A DNA stretch of 64,000 nt, from contig OZ024749.1 in assembly GCA_964016885.1 (NCBI GenBank), forward strand, positions 49,910,001 to 49,974,000, written 5' to 3'. The stretch comes from Eledone cirrhosa. Lineage: Eukaryota. Shown here in pieces: positions 29,980 through 45,265 of this stretch. Under the pieces are notes generated by a model, which saw only the letters and a program-made list of their open reading frames with translations, searched no databases and was not told the DNA's origin. The position numbers and the translations under genes are program-made. How positions within the stretch are numbered: the stretch's first letter is position 1; the number at the start of each line of letters is the position of its first letter.

Positions 29980-30437
29980 GTTGTTATATTAATATTATTG
30001 TAATAATATTGTAATACTATTGCCAGAAATAATAACAGAACACACTCACTGTTTGGTTGGATTTCGCTTCTGTATAGTTTATATCTCAACAGTTAATTCA
30101 TTTGGTCCCCAATGTTTATCATTCATAAATACATATATAATTACATATATATAGTCTAAGAAAGTTATTTCTTTGCACATCTACAACATCATCAATTGTA
30201 ATATTATGTTTCTTCCTGTTGTATTGTATGTCTACGTAATCTTTCTATGTTAGACTATATACATGTATTTACATCTGTATTTTTGACCGTTGGTCAGTCA
30301 ATGATAACCATTAAGGACGAAATGAATTAACTGTGAAGAGATATAAAATATACAGAAGTGAAAGCCAGCCAAACAGTGAGTGTGATCTGTTATTATTTAA
30401 GGCAATATTATTACAACAATATGACCCTCCTCAAGTA

Positions 30438-30443
<6 letters not shown>
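29980..30443. mobile_element. Older fold-back built from the 3' end of the Penelope family at 26380-26690
   Basis: Both arms match 26390-26690 (attgccagaaataataacagaacacactcactgtttgg and its reverse complement). Confidence 0.8.
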
Positions 30444-30495
<52 letters not shown>

Positions 30496-32847
30496 TCATC
30501 ATATGAAAGTTTAAGCAAAAATCGCCGCTTTCACTATTAACGAGATCTTCTGAAACAAATAAAAATCAATCCTTGAACGCAGAAGTAAATATTTCGAAAA
30601 AAGTTGTAACCGAAGGAAAACAGGAAGCGATACTTTGGTTCGGGAAGATGTTCCTTGGCAATGATCGGAAAAAAGCTAAGATAATACGTTGTTATGTATA
30701 AATGTCGATACTTGTGCGTGTGTTGGAAGAGACATCTTTATATATTAGTTTTGTTTTCATATGTTGTATGAGTTGTGTAAGTGCTTTGACTATGTAGATA
30801 TGTTCACTAAACAAATATGATAATTTAGTTTTATGCCACAAAATATCTTCAGATGCATAAATCATGTTTACTTTTAGTGTAACTAGAACGATACTCGGTA
30901 TTTGGTCGTCTGCAGTGACACGAGATTTACCGTTAACAATGTCATATTATATATTGTAATATTGTTATGGAGAAACATTCCCTTTGATATTTTATGCATA
31001 GACTGTCTATCAACACTTTTGTTTGTGGATGTGTCTGAGTGTGTAAATAATTGTATGTGTTTCCCGAACGTAGTTTCATTAAAAGTTTTCTTGAAATTCA
31101 GACACAAACATATTTTGTTTGACGGGTAGTGAAAATAATTTTAATACTCTCTTCTTGCATTTGAGATTAAAATATATAATAAAGTGTTAGCGTACGATGT
31201 CGAACAACAATATATATTGAAGTTGTATAATTTCTAACTACATTTGGCAAATTAGGAAAAATATATAATTAAAATTGTAAACGTTTTGTCATACTTATAA
31301 AACTAATCTATTATTATCAAAGCACAATTAATATCAAAATAGCACACGAGAATAATAAACATCGAGGATTAGTATCTACTCAGAAAATAACATACGGAAT
31401 AACGATGTTTATTTTGAGCAATATTTTGTTATTCTTGAAATTCATCCAATAGATACAGATTGAAAATAATTACTGATGTGTATATATAACAAACAAATTA
31501 AATTATAGACACAGACTAACAAGAAACAAGATTAAATAAGATATTTACCTTCTGAAAAATAAACTTGGATACAGCGCGACAAATGCTATATTATACAATT
31601 ATCAGACAGGAAACTTGATTATATATGTGCGCATGTAGATATGTAAATACATACAGACGTTCGATAACATATATATTTACACTTATATAAATAGTGACAT
31701 ACGCCATAAGTGAAACGCATGTACCCGTTGAATATATAAAACATAATCAAGGCTGCATAAATATATGTATATTCTCAGCAAAATATGTGTATGTATATTA
31801 TATTGAATATAAACACTTAGCTGCAATTCTCCAGTTCCCACAATACAAATATTTATTCACATGAACATAATGAGACATACAATGACACACAAATATATCA
31901 TCATCATCATCATCATCATTGTTCCTTAACCTCTTTGGAAGTCATTATGGTGCCGCACCAGCTACATCCAGCTGTGGCCGCCTTCGGTGAGTTCTTGGTT
32001 TTGACAGTAAGTGGATGTAAGAGAGATTTGGTCTCGTGGTGAAGTAACAACGATGCGCAATACATAAGCTAATTCAGCCAAAATATTTACGTTATAACAT
32101 TGGACACCTACGATCAGATCCACCGGGGAAAAGCAGGAATAAATGAACCGGAAATGTCTCTCCCTGTAGATATTAGATCGAACTTAATTACTCTCGCTTG
32201 TATTTTCAATGTTGGTTCTTTTTCCAGCAGGATTAGGAATCCATAATAACCATTGCATATATATGAAATTGTACGTAGTTCGTGAAATTATATATTTATG
32301 CTAACTATAGGATAGTACTTGTCGTATACTTAGCATGATTATGTTAGCAAGCGATGAGTTAGTTGTTCTATGGTTCCATTGTGTCTAACGATGTACACAG
32401 ATAAAATGAGAGAAAGCAACTCATCAAAACTTTAGATAAAATGAGTAACATGTGATATTTTCAAAAAATGTATTATGTTGACAGTGCTCTCATAACCACA
32501 ATAATATTAATAAATGAAAAATGATAGGTAGTCAGAGGAATTTAGTGTCACCTGGAAAACAATTTCTAGTTGGTGGCTTATAGTTTATGATATATAATCT
32601 GCTCTTCTTTCATTTTGATAGCAAGCTACATTGCAACATCATCTTATGACATTATTGTGACATATAGGATTTGTCGTAAATGTTTAATGATATTTCAAAT
32701 TATTTATTTCAAGATTTATGCAACCTGAGTGTCAGGATTATCAGAAAAATATGTCTCCAAAGCGTAATATATTGGAGTATATTATAACTTATAGAACACA
32801 CACCTATACACACATACTCACAAACAAATATATATACATATATGTAC

Positions 32848-32969
<122 letters not shown>

Positions 32970-33080
32970 TATATCTTTAGATATATATATATATAGAGAG
33001 AGAGAGAGATGTGTGTGTGTCTCCATGTGTGTGTGTGTTTATACATGGCTATGTTTATCAATCTCTCACTCTTTGTGTGT

Positions 33081-33243
<163 letters not shown>

Positions 33244-33899
33244 GGCGGGAACTTGTTAACGTAATTGATCTAGTGACAGTGATATAATATTCCCTGATAT
33301 TTAAAAGAAATTCCATTTTCCATGGATGTTTGTGTTCTATATTTATAGCCATGAATCAAGTTAAGTTGAAGGAAAGACTGAAGGAAAATCATAAACATTC
33401 TTCTCGCAAAATAATACTAATATCGTTGGAAATTGTAAAAACAATTTTGTCCAAGATGAAACAAAATAAAACAAATATGTATACATGATATGACATGTGA
33501 TATATCGTAATTGCATGCTACATAACGTTAAAAAAAACTGAATGCAAGATATCTTTCATAACACAATGATCCAATCTGACAGCAAAGGACTGAAAAGAAA
33601 TCACATGAAAAACTGGACGTCATGTTGCCTCTAAGAGAAGGGGATATGGCAAGAAGAAACGGAATACGTCATGCAAGGACGAGATGAAATATGGTCATTT
33701 TGGTTTCCTTCTAATTAACTGCAGTTTGTGAAAGAAGAACAAACAAATAGTAAGATTAATAGAAACACACATACACATACACATAAATGCACGCTCAATC
33801 ACACTGACACGCAATCACAATTACACATGAATACTCAGCCATAAATAACAATGCATACATCTGAGTGTAAATATAACACATGAATATGTGCGTACATAG

Positions 33900-34188
<289 letters not shown>

Positions 34189-34202
34189 TATATATATATA
34201 TA

Positions 34203-34856
34203 TGAAATATTGTTGAAGTTTGCTTGAAGCATTATGGAATAATAAAATCGGTCGTTTTGGAAGCCTCAACAATGCAGATAGTAATGAGAGAGATGTGGGA
34301 AGAAATGTAGAATGAGACGTATAGGATGTAGAGGAACATAGGATAGAGTGTATGTACAAATAATAGACAACACGTGGTCTCTGTTGTAGGCCACGTGTTG
34401 TCCCTCACCGACTAAAAACGTTCCGCCTCGTAAAACCCCCCAGTTGATGGAGGCAAAATCCCAAATATAGGGACAATTAAATCACTTCCAAAGTAAGACT
34501 ATTTAGTGTTATTATTTGTACACAAGGGCGGTGGATTGGCAGTATCAGTAGAGAGTCGGACGCCATGCTTTCCAGTATAGTTACGTCCCTTTACGGTCTG
34601 AGTTCAAATGCCGCCGAGGTTAACTTTGCCTCTCATCCATCCTTACGGGGTCGATAAAATAAAGTACCAGTAATGTACTGGGTAATTGCTGGCCTTGTGC
34701 CAAAAGTACAAACAATTATTTGTACACCCAATCCTATGTTCCTCTACACCCTATACGTCTTATTCTACATTTCCTGTCTCATCTCTCTCATTACAACCTG
34801 CTTCTGTTACCCGGAGATTTACACATCTGCATTGTTGAGGCTTCGAAAACGTCCAG

Positions 34857-34858
<2 letters not shown>
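34203..34858. mobile_element. (TA)n-flanked fold-back element interrupted by a SINE
   Basis: The left arm (about 34243-34364) is inverted relative to 34508-34523 plus 34728-34858. An internal hairpin gacaacacgtgg/ccacgtgttgtc is present. Confidence 0.8.
34524..34714 (+). mobile_element. SINE family A, full length, with TSD
   Basis: TSD attatttgtacac at 34511-34523 and 34715-34727. Confidence 0.93.
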
Positions 34859-34888
<30 letters not shown>

Positions 34889-35749
34889 TTTATGAAAATA
34901 ATTAGCAGTTATGAGAAACAACTCAAATAAGACAATATCATTTTAGGACAATAGAATTAGCTGGGCAGGCTCTGTATGCGGTACACACTTCATCCTTCAT
35001 ATAATAAATCACACTGTGTCTTTTAAAGATAGAAAACAAACATCAAGTGACAACTGTTAATGCGATAAAGAACTTCAATAAATCCTCGGGTTGTATTGTA
35101 TTGTGTTATATAATGATATCATGTGCTGTGAAAATCTGCCATAAGATAATATAACTGTATACTTAGTCCAATAATAACATATACAATGTTTCCGATAGCA
35201 TTGTAGGCGTGAAAAAATAAAGATTTCTTACTCAGGTGCTGGACCAACACTTGTGGACATAAGCAATGCCGATTACCCCGATTATAGTACGAAAAGGATC
35301 TATGAAAGTCAAATTTGCGGTCGACGTGCTTTGAAATTATAACAGAAAAAGCGAACATATAGCGATAAGCATTCGTATGATGCTTTCATAACTCAATCAG
35401 TGATGTTGATGATGATGATGATAATGATGATAGAGATGAGAAAGATAGGTTTGGAGTTCGTGGCAATGGTGATATGTTGATTTTGGTGAATCTCGTAGTT
35501 ATGATGTTGGTTTTACATTTTGAGTCCGTGGTGATGTTTGACGTATTAAAAGGGGGAAAAGGTGATGGTGATGACACGAAAAAGAAAAAGAAAAGAATGA
35601 ATCATATTATCGCGACTAAGTTCTGTAGATTATGTAGAGTCCGATCCATTGAACAATAGCGGCAACATTGAAAATACATACGCAAGGTATACAAGGCAAT
35701 ACAGGTTAAGGGCCTAACAGGACAACCATTTTGGGGGTAGAGGGGAAAT

Positions 35750-35892
35750 CGTATTTCTGTCACTTTATATTATCGACCCGGTAAGGATGAAACGCATAAT
35801 TAACCTTGGATGGATTTGAACTCAGAACGTAAAATGCCATCATAATATGTGATAAAGTATGTTTTCTGATGTTCTACCGATACTGCGATTCC
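35750..35892 (-). mobile_element. Degenerate SINE family A-related copy
   Basis: tatcgacccggtaaggatgaaa..gatttgaactcagaacgtaaa..tctaccgatactgc. Confidence 0.7.
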
Positions 35893-36575
35893 ATGATACA
35901 TAGCTTTCCATAACTTAATTACGTATATGATACTTCACAATTCTATAATACGCTAGGCTGTATTTATCTTCATACCTTTCATCGTGAAATGTCTTTAAAT
36001 GTCCACCACATGAGAGTGTCCGAGCTCCAGGTAGGTCATACAGTGAATAATTTATATCAAATTGACAACTCTGCTGAAGCAGCATGATACGTACAATATT
36101 ACACCATACACATTATTTCGAGCAGAGTATGTAAAATATATTTGATAATATTAATGCAACCCGGCAATATCTTTTGACAGATACGATACACACTTGGACG
36201 GAATTTTTTCATCAACAATGGCGATTACTGTTAGCATTCCAATGACAATTTAATTTCAGTACCCATCAAGAACGTCATGAAAATGATGTGATACAGTTTA
36301 AAACTATAGGATGTGAAATGCACGGAATTATTTGATTATTCTAAACGAATAAATAAGCAGTTACATTCCGTGATTTAGTCTCATAATCTATGAAAATTCC
36401 ATTCAGGAATAGATAGGTTCTACACGCAATAAACCCAAACACACGAGCGGATAACACGTAGAACATTCATACATAGGTGTTTCTGTGCGTCTTTATTTCT
36501 GGACTGCCTTAATATCGCCAAACATAAACTCATACTATATACATGATTGACATGAATAACATATTGCTCCTCCTT

Positions 36576-36576
<1 letters not shown>

Positions 36577-36639
<63 letters not shown>

Positions 36640-36658
36640 GTTACTGCTGCTGCTGCTG

Positions 36659-36709
<51 letters not shown>

Positions 36710-36842
36710 ATACTATTACCGCCACTACTACTATTACTACTACCATTACTTCTACCACTACTACTACTACAGCTACTACCACTACTATTATTACTACTAC
36801 TACCTCCACTACTACTATTACTACTACTACTACTACTACTAC

Positions 36843-36913
<71 letters not shown>
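36577..36913. repeat. Compound (CTA)n/(ATA)n/(CTG)n repeat
   Basis: Directly visible. Confidence 0.95.
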
Positions 36914-37229
36914 ACAATTGCGGTGATAATCTTGGATAATATATGTATGTTTTACATACGTACAATTGTTAAGTACGTGTTTATTTATATTATACCTATA
37001 GCTGTAAATCACGTCATGCCTGGTGTCTGAAATGTCAAGCGTTATTTCAATCTACAGAATATATTTCGATTGATTGCATATTATAAATATTTATGGGAAT
37101 TTGAAGACATTATACTTGCATTTATTGTCATCATTCCCTTTCCTCAATGATGATAAAATGTGCCTTATTATTCAATTGAAAAATATATAATTGAAATTAT
37201 ATAACAAAAAATTTCATAATATGCAAAAC

Positions 37230-37615
37230 ACAAATGTCAGTGCCTGCTTTCATGTCTTAATCGAATTCACACTTTTGTTCTCTTGAAACATGATGTGTTT
37301 ATCATTAGAATTCAGAATTCTCCACCTCGAGCCTGTAATAGTTGACTCTAAGATGACGTGCCGTAAAATGAGATCAGCGCCGCAACAATATATATTATGC
37401 ATTCAATCATATGTTGATAATATATATATATATATATACATAGATATATATTATCAAAATCTGATTGAATGCATAATATATTTTGTTGCGGCGCTGATCT
37501 CATTTTACGGCACGTCATCTTAGTCTTTACTATTACAGGCTCGAGGTGGAGAATTCTGAATTCTAAAGAACTAAAGTGTGAATTCGATTAAGACATAAAA
37601 GCTGACACTGATATT

Positions 37616-37618
<3 letters not shown>
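37230..37618. repeat. Fold-back palindrome with a (TA) tract at its centre
   Basis: Arms at about 37230-37428 and 37445-37618 are near-identical inverted copies (ttagaattcagaattctccacctcgagcc..cgtaaaatgagatcagcgccgcaaca). Confidence 0.9.
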
Positions 37619-37668
<50 letters not shown>

Positions 37669-38359
37669 TTGTGTGTATATATATTTGGCGTGCGACTATC
37701 TGTGTGTGCACGCATATGTGTAAATTCAACATATATTTCAAAATGAATAATTGGTTAGCCTAGATGTGGTAGAATATCATCCGTAAACTCACTCCCATCT
37801 GCGGGAAATATATAAATTACCAACCAATTAATACTACATCTCATACCAATTGTACATATTACAATTAAATTGGCGCTAGTAAATTGAACAGAAAAGATAT
37901 GCATACAGGTATTAAATTACATTTTCTAAGGATCCTAAATCTAAAAATCCTAGCTGATGTCACCAATAAACTCTTAAGACCAACTCTAGTGGAGGCAGCA
38001 GCGGCAGGGGATCCGTGGTAATTGCCCCATTTGCCCTATAGTAAATCAGGTTATATCATTGACAACAGGAGCAGAAATGCCGGAAAAAATTGATTAAGTT
38101 AATATATGCTAAGAGTAAAGCTAATTAGCAAAAAGGTTTACGTGAAAGAGGACTATGCTATGTCTATGAAGTGGAGAGTATTCAGTTGGAAACGTATAAT
38201 GCCAGTATTAATGATAGTGATATGATTGCTAACACGTAGCTAGTTAATATCTCCCCACCATTTACAAGTCACCCACGTAAATGCATTCTCCTGTTCATAT
38301 TTATATCACAACAAGCTGAAACACACACACTTACACACGCACACACGGACACACACACA

Positions 38360-39320
<961 letters not shown>

Positions 39321-39321
39321 T

Positions 39322-39525
39322 AAGGAAGGAAATGTGGTAAGGAACCAGATGGACTATAATGCACCAAAGTACTCAATACTTAGGGTAGTAGAGTGGGTGA
39401 TAGGAACGAATAGGACCCCGACGGCTGAGCTCAAGCCGTTTAGACGTCTAATTCTTGAATATGTAGTCCAAAATTGGCCGTCGAAACGGCTTGAGCTCAG
39501 CCGTCGGGGTCCTACTCGTTCCTAT
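39322..39525 (-). mobile_element. Fold-back family F copy
   Basis: Inverted repeat at 39400-39525. Near-identical architecture to 49420-49644, flanked by (TA)n. Confidence 0.85.
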
Positions 39526-39600
39526 TTATATATATATATATATATATATGAAAGACGTAAATAAGAAAGTTATGGAAATCGACTTACTTACTAATATACA

Positions 39601-39710
<110 letters not shown>

Positions 39711-39856
39711 ATCAAAAGATGGTTAAAAGAGCTCCATGTATTTTATTATGCGCATTTCAAAAACAAATATCATCATGCAATATTGTACTACAATAAAACT
39801 CACCTCCTACATATATATATATATGTATATATATATATATTTTATATGTGTATATG

Positions 39857-39910
<54 letters not shown>

Positions 39911-40391
39911 CGTTGCGCGCACAAAGAAGCTGACATAATGTTATACATGCGTACATACATACATGCATATATGTATACATATATACACGCATTCATAGAT
40001 AGTTGCACACATATATACATGTCTGCATAGATATATACATATATAAGCTCTATGCAAATAATCTTCCCACACATTGCCTCGGGTATGTTCAAACTAAATA
40101 AGAATTATACACGAATGCAAAAATAGTCACTAATTCGATGTTTCTTATTTGAAGTCACCATTGGCTATAATAATAATCCATATTACACACGTTGGACAAT
40201 TGGAATTTCAAATATCACATGTAGGTTATATATTCACTGCTACTTGAATGGCATTGGGAATTATATCATCTCCTTCAAAAACTTGAAGGTTGCTACCATT
40301 TATATTCTAATATCTACAAACTTACTTACATTCATGGACACACGTATACAACCGTGTGATATTGACGTCGATATGATTATATGTATATAGT

Positions 40392-40448
<57 letters not shown>

Positions 40449-40475
40449 ATGTGTGTATGTCTGTGTGTATATATC

Positions 40476-40554
<79 letters not shown>

Positions 40555-40568
40555 ATATATATATTTAT

Positions 40569-40633
<65 letters not shown>

Positions 40634-41309
40634 TATAAACTAATATGTATGTGATGAAACACAGATACCAACACATCTGTATATATATTGCAAAAGAAAA
40701 TTTAGCCAGATTGAAGTATACTAATTATTATACTACAGTTTGTCCATATCGATTTAAAATAATAAATCAACAAAGACGAACTGCATTGCCAAAAGGCTAT
40801 GATGTTTAGACACATTTAACTTTCAAAATCAAACCTGTTCCGTAGATGAGTTTAAACTTTAAAATCCAAATATGTTTCGAGATAAATAAGTGTAGGAATA
40901 TCATGTCCTGCCCTCCTCAGTAAACATCCAGGGACAAATTGATATGCTTCACTTCTAAATAATGTAAAAGACTGCGTGACGCACATGGTTTAACAGTATC
41001 TAGCTAGTCTCATAACCGTACTGCTAGAAATAACAGTCGTATATATGAGGCGGCTTTCAGCTTAGACTAGGAGAGTTATATTAATAAGGTAATGAATTCT
41101 TTTACGATGGAATTAGCTTGAAGGAGGAAAATAGCCACTGAGCCGTGTATAATAATTAGTATACTTCAATCTGGCTAAATTTTCTTTTGCAATATATATA
41201 CAGATGTGTTGGTATGTGTGTTTCATCACATACATATTAGTTTATACACGGCTCAGTGGGTATTTTCCTCCTTCGAGCTAATTCCATTGTAAAAGAATTC
41301 ATTACCTTA

Positions 41310-41314
<5 letters not shown>
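40634..41314. repeat. Interleaved inverted repeats A...B-A'-B' between (TA)n tracts
   Basis: A 40634-40733 pairs with A' 41147-41246. B 41080-41152 pairs with B' 41242-41314. Confidence 0.9.
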
Positions 41315-41399
<85 letters not shown>

Positions 41400-41400
41400 G

Positions 41401-41433
<33 letters not shown>

Positions 41434-41699
41434 GGCAGCCCCACCAATAATAAAAACAAAACCTGTCAATGGCCATCCAAAATTAACGGGAGTGATGACA
41501 CCTTAGCCTTTGTCAAGGCAGAATTCTAGGAAAAGGAAAACTCTGATATAACACCTTTAACTCTGCTGGTATCCAATTATGTTGACTTGTTCTTGTTTTT
41601 GGTAAATATCATCTTGGTTACGAGAGTGGGACTGGCTTTGTACAGTGCCTTTGCTCACTATAAAAACTTCACGGCACAGGCATTGCTTTATATCTGGAG

Positions 41700-41897
41700 A
41701 TCTCTCTGCACTTGTCGTCACATGGTACCATGGGCCCAGCAATATGTGTCAATAATTGTCACAAGTGTAGTGTTTGTACCAGAGTTTTCAAGTCGCTGGC
41801 TGGAATAAGAAGTCACACTCGTTCAGCGCATCGGTAGGTGTTCTCCTACATGGATATAAAGTAGTGGCCGTACTCGAAAACGAGTTGGCAGCCACCA
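41700..41897 (+). mobile_element. 3' end of an RTE-like LINE with a C-terminal C2H2 finger and 3' stem-loop, followed by (TA)n
   Basis: 41751-41837 reads NNCHKCSVCTRVFKSLAGIRSHTRSAHR*. The 3' UTR has the hairpin actcg-aaaa-cgagt then ggcagccacca-(TA)n. Confidence 0.6.
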
Positions 41898-41926
41898 TAT
41901 ATATATATATATATATATGTGTGTGT

Positions 41927-42324
41927 ATTGCTGCTGGATGCTTAAAGCGTCCGTATGCGGTAGGCCGTATGAGCACTTGATGGTCTCATAGAGCAGAGTA
42001 TGATATCACAGAAAAAAAGAGAATCAGAGTTGCGATGAATGGAATTTATTCGACATATTACTATCGTTTCTCTGGCGACCAGCTCGTGGCATATATGATG
42101 TGATGATCGAACCTGACTCTGACAATCGCAAGGTCCTCAAATACTTCTTGATTCTACGATGCAGATTTTCCTAGAGTCAAGGCGTATCTGAGGACCTTGT
42201 GATTTTCAGAGTCACGTTCGATCATCACGCCGATCGTTCCTCGAGTTGGTCGCCAGAGAATTGATTGTAATATGTCCAATAAATGCTATCGTCGCAACAC
42301 TGATTCTCTTTTTTTCTGTGATAT
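41927..42324 (-). mobile_element. Fold-back family G copy
   Basis: Inverted arms span 42003-42324. The leader atgcttaaagcgtccgtatg is shared with 62618-62770. Confidence 0.85.
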
Positions 42325-42456
42325 ATATATATATATGTATATATATATACATATATACATATATATACATGCATTATATACATATATTTATATATATGTA
42401 AGTATGTATATATATATATATATATATATGGATGTGTGTGTGTGTGTGTATAAGAC

Positions 42457-42546
<90 letters not shown>

Positions 42547-42560
42547 AGAGAGAGAGAAAT

Positions 42561-42592
<32 letters not shown>

Positions 42593-43691
42593 GAGAGATC
42601 TAGTGGTGGTTATTTATGGAGACATTTCTTTCACTTTAAAAGCGTGTAAGCTCTATATTAGACTGTGAGGCAATACAACTAAAGAACATTGTTTTTGTTT
42701 TATCTTCTAGTTGATATTTCAGCTATGGAACTCTGATATTTACACTGTAGGTGATTCATTACTGTCCTCATATTTATGACGATGCATATCTCTCGGGTAA
42801 TAAAAAATCATCACCTCTATTCATTTGATATTTTTAAACGATGACATAAAACCTCCAATTATAGAGCTTACGTTACAGTAATATTATTTCGCAAAGTTTT
42901 CATCTCATTGTCATTTAACTAACAATACCACCAGAATCAGTTATTTAGATTTTAACATATAATAAGTCGTTAGAATGTTGCGAGTAAACTTCTTCACATT
43001 TATCTTCCAATTTTGATGTATATCTCTTTCTTATTCAGTGTTGCCGTCTAATTCGAATCATAAGAGTGTAACAATTAAATGGTCACTTGTGGTTATAGAA
43101 GTATGAAGATTTAGTTTCCACAAGTATTGTGCAGAGATGATAAAATATGACAAAATGTTCTACGATTGTATATTTTGTTCCAGACATTCGTTATCAGATA
43201 TCCATTAAGTACAATGATATTTTATAAAATTTTGTGAATTTTATACACAGTTTCATTGTATAATTACGATATAACTCATGTAGACATATGACAGTTTTCA
43301 GATGATAGAATATATACAGAAATAATGAGATTGTGTTCGAGATGGCTGTGCATCTACAGATTAGATAACTAATTTAAGAAATATTCAAGTATTGTAAATA
43401 TTTGTTTTGTAGACATACGTACATATATACATATAGGCATACATACACACAGAAATATATACATATGAGCGCACGTGGGTGTGTTTGTGTTATAAATTCA
43501 TACATGCTTTAGAGACACTCACAGCCCGACCCTCAGAATCAAAATAACCATGCAGGTATTATATATATGTGTTACACCTACTGAGTATAGATGAAATATA
43601 ACTTACTATGAATTATCGTGATAAATTGATTTTTTCTTGATAATAAAATAGAGCAAAGATAACACAATTACATGATCTCAATAAATATAAT

Positions 43692-43876
43692 TGTTTCTAC
43701 TTTAGGCACAAGGCCAGCAATTACCCAGTGCATTACTGGTACTTTATTTTATCGACCCCGTAAGGATGAAAGGCAAAGTCAACCTCGGCGGGATTTGAAC
43801 TCAGATCGTAAAGGGACGTAACTATGCTGGAAAGCATCGCGTCCGACCCTCTACCGATACTGCCAATCCACCGCCC
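43692..43876 (-). mobile_element. SINE family A, full length, with TSD
   Basis: TSD tcaataaatataat at 43678-43691 and 43877-43890. Confidence 0.93.
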
Positions 43877-44059
43877 TCAATAAATATAATGGGAGTATGT
43901 AAGTGATATAAAGAAATATCTGTATTTATTCAGTTTAATGTTTGTAGCTTTGTCATTGAATGTATATACTTCATTGGGTAGCGTTTTGCTTTATATACTT
44001 GATGGCATTGCCATTTGTTTATTGTCCCTTTCAGCGGAGAAATTCAGAAAATCCTTTTT

Positions 44060-44290
44060 AGATTTTGTGAGCAATGTCTCTCGAAATATCGGTGTACAGG
44101 ATTTACTGGCAAAACCAACCAACGAGAGACCCAGTGCTAGACGCCGAGCGAGATGGTTAGATAGCATCCCTAAGCTTGGCGGGTATCCCTTGGAGATCCA
44201 GCCGGAGAGGTAGGAGACGGTTGTTGCTTAAAGGGTACGCTGAAAGGAATGCTTACGAACGCTACTTCCACACCCCCTCAGGTATAAGTG
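44060..44290 (+). mobile_element. Decayed RTE-clade LINE 3' end
   Basis: LLAKPTNERPSARRRARWLDSI resembles the RTE C-terminal G-x-R-x-x-G-R-P-x-x-R-W-x-D motif. Confidence 0.65.
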
Positions 44291-44935
44291 TCTATAGATA
44301 TATACGACTGAAATAAGTGGGTCGATATGCACGTGTGTATGTATGTCTGTATGCCTCTGCATCGGCATGTATGCATATGAATTGTTAAATTGGCCATGTC
44401 TATTGAAGAGCAGCGCAAAACAATTCAGACAGACTAACATCATTTTATTCCGACAAAGTAGGATAACATTTATTGGAATCAATTCTGCAAATTTCAGCTC
44501 GTTTCCTCGTTGAAATATTTCAGATATTCCTATAACTACTAGTGCAAACGAAATCTACGTAGCGTATATATCATTTTTTCAACGAGAATACAGAAGATTT
44601 AGAGAATATTAAAGACGTATATCTTGAATCTTCTTGTGGGGACAGATATACACACATTATTATAAAATTAATTCTATTTCATCTATTTTCCCATAATCAA
44701 ATCAAAATGCCCATAAAACATGTTTTATAGAGTTTTCTTGTAATTCTCGTATATTCCCTAAGGAAATATAACGATGATATTGAATAATAATATAGACCTT
44801 CAACACATCTGTACATAAATATAGCGGCTATAAATATAATTACACTCCAGTTTGTAAATGCATACACATATAAAACTGACACACGGCCACGTACATATGC
44901 GCATAAAGAGACTAACACATACAAACACACATATA

Positions 44936-45018
<83 letters not shown>

Positions 45019-45022
45019 ATAC

Positions 45023-45082
<60 letters not shown>

Positions 45083-45234
45083 ATACGTATATATATATAT
45101 ATATATATATATACACGCATTTGTGTGTATATATATATATATTTACTTATACATACACATGCCTACACACATAGGCAAAAAAGCACTGATACGTACTTAT
45201 ATTGACACTACATACACCATTTTCATATTTTATT

Positions 45235-45265
<31 letters not shown>

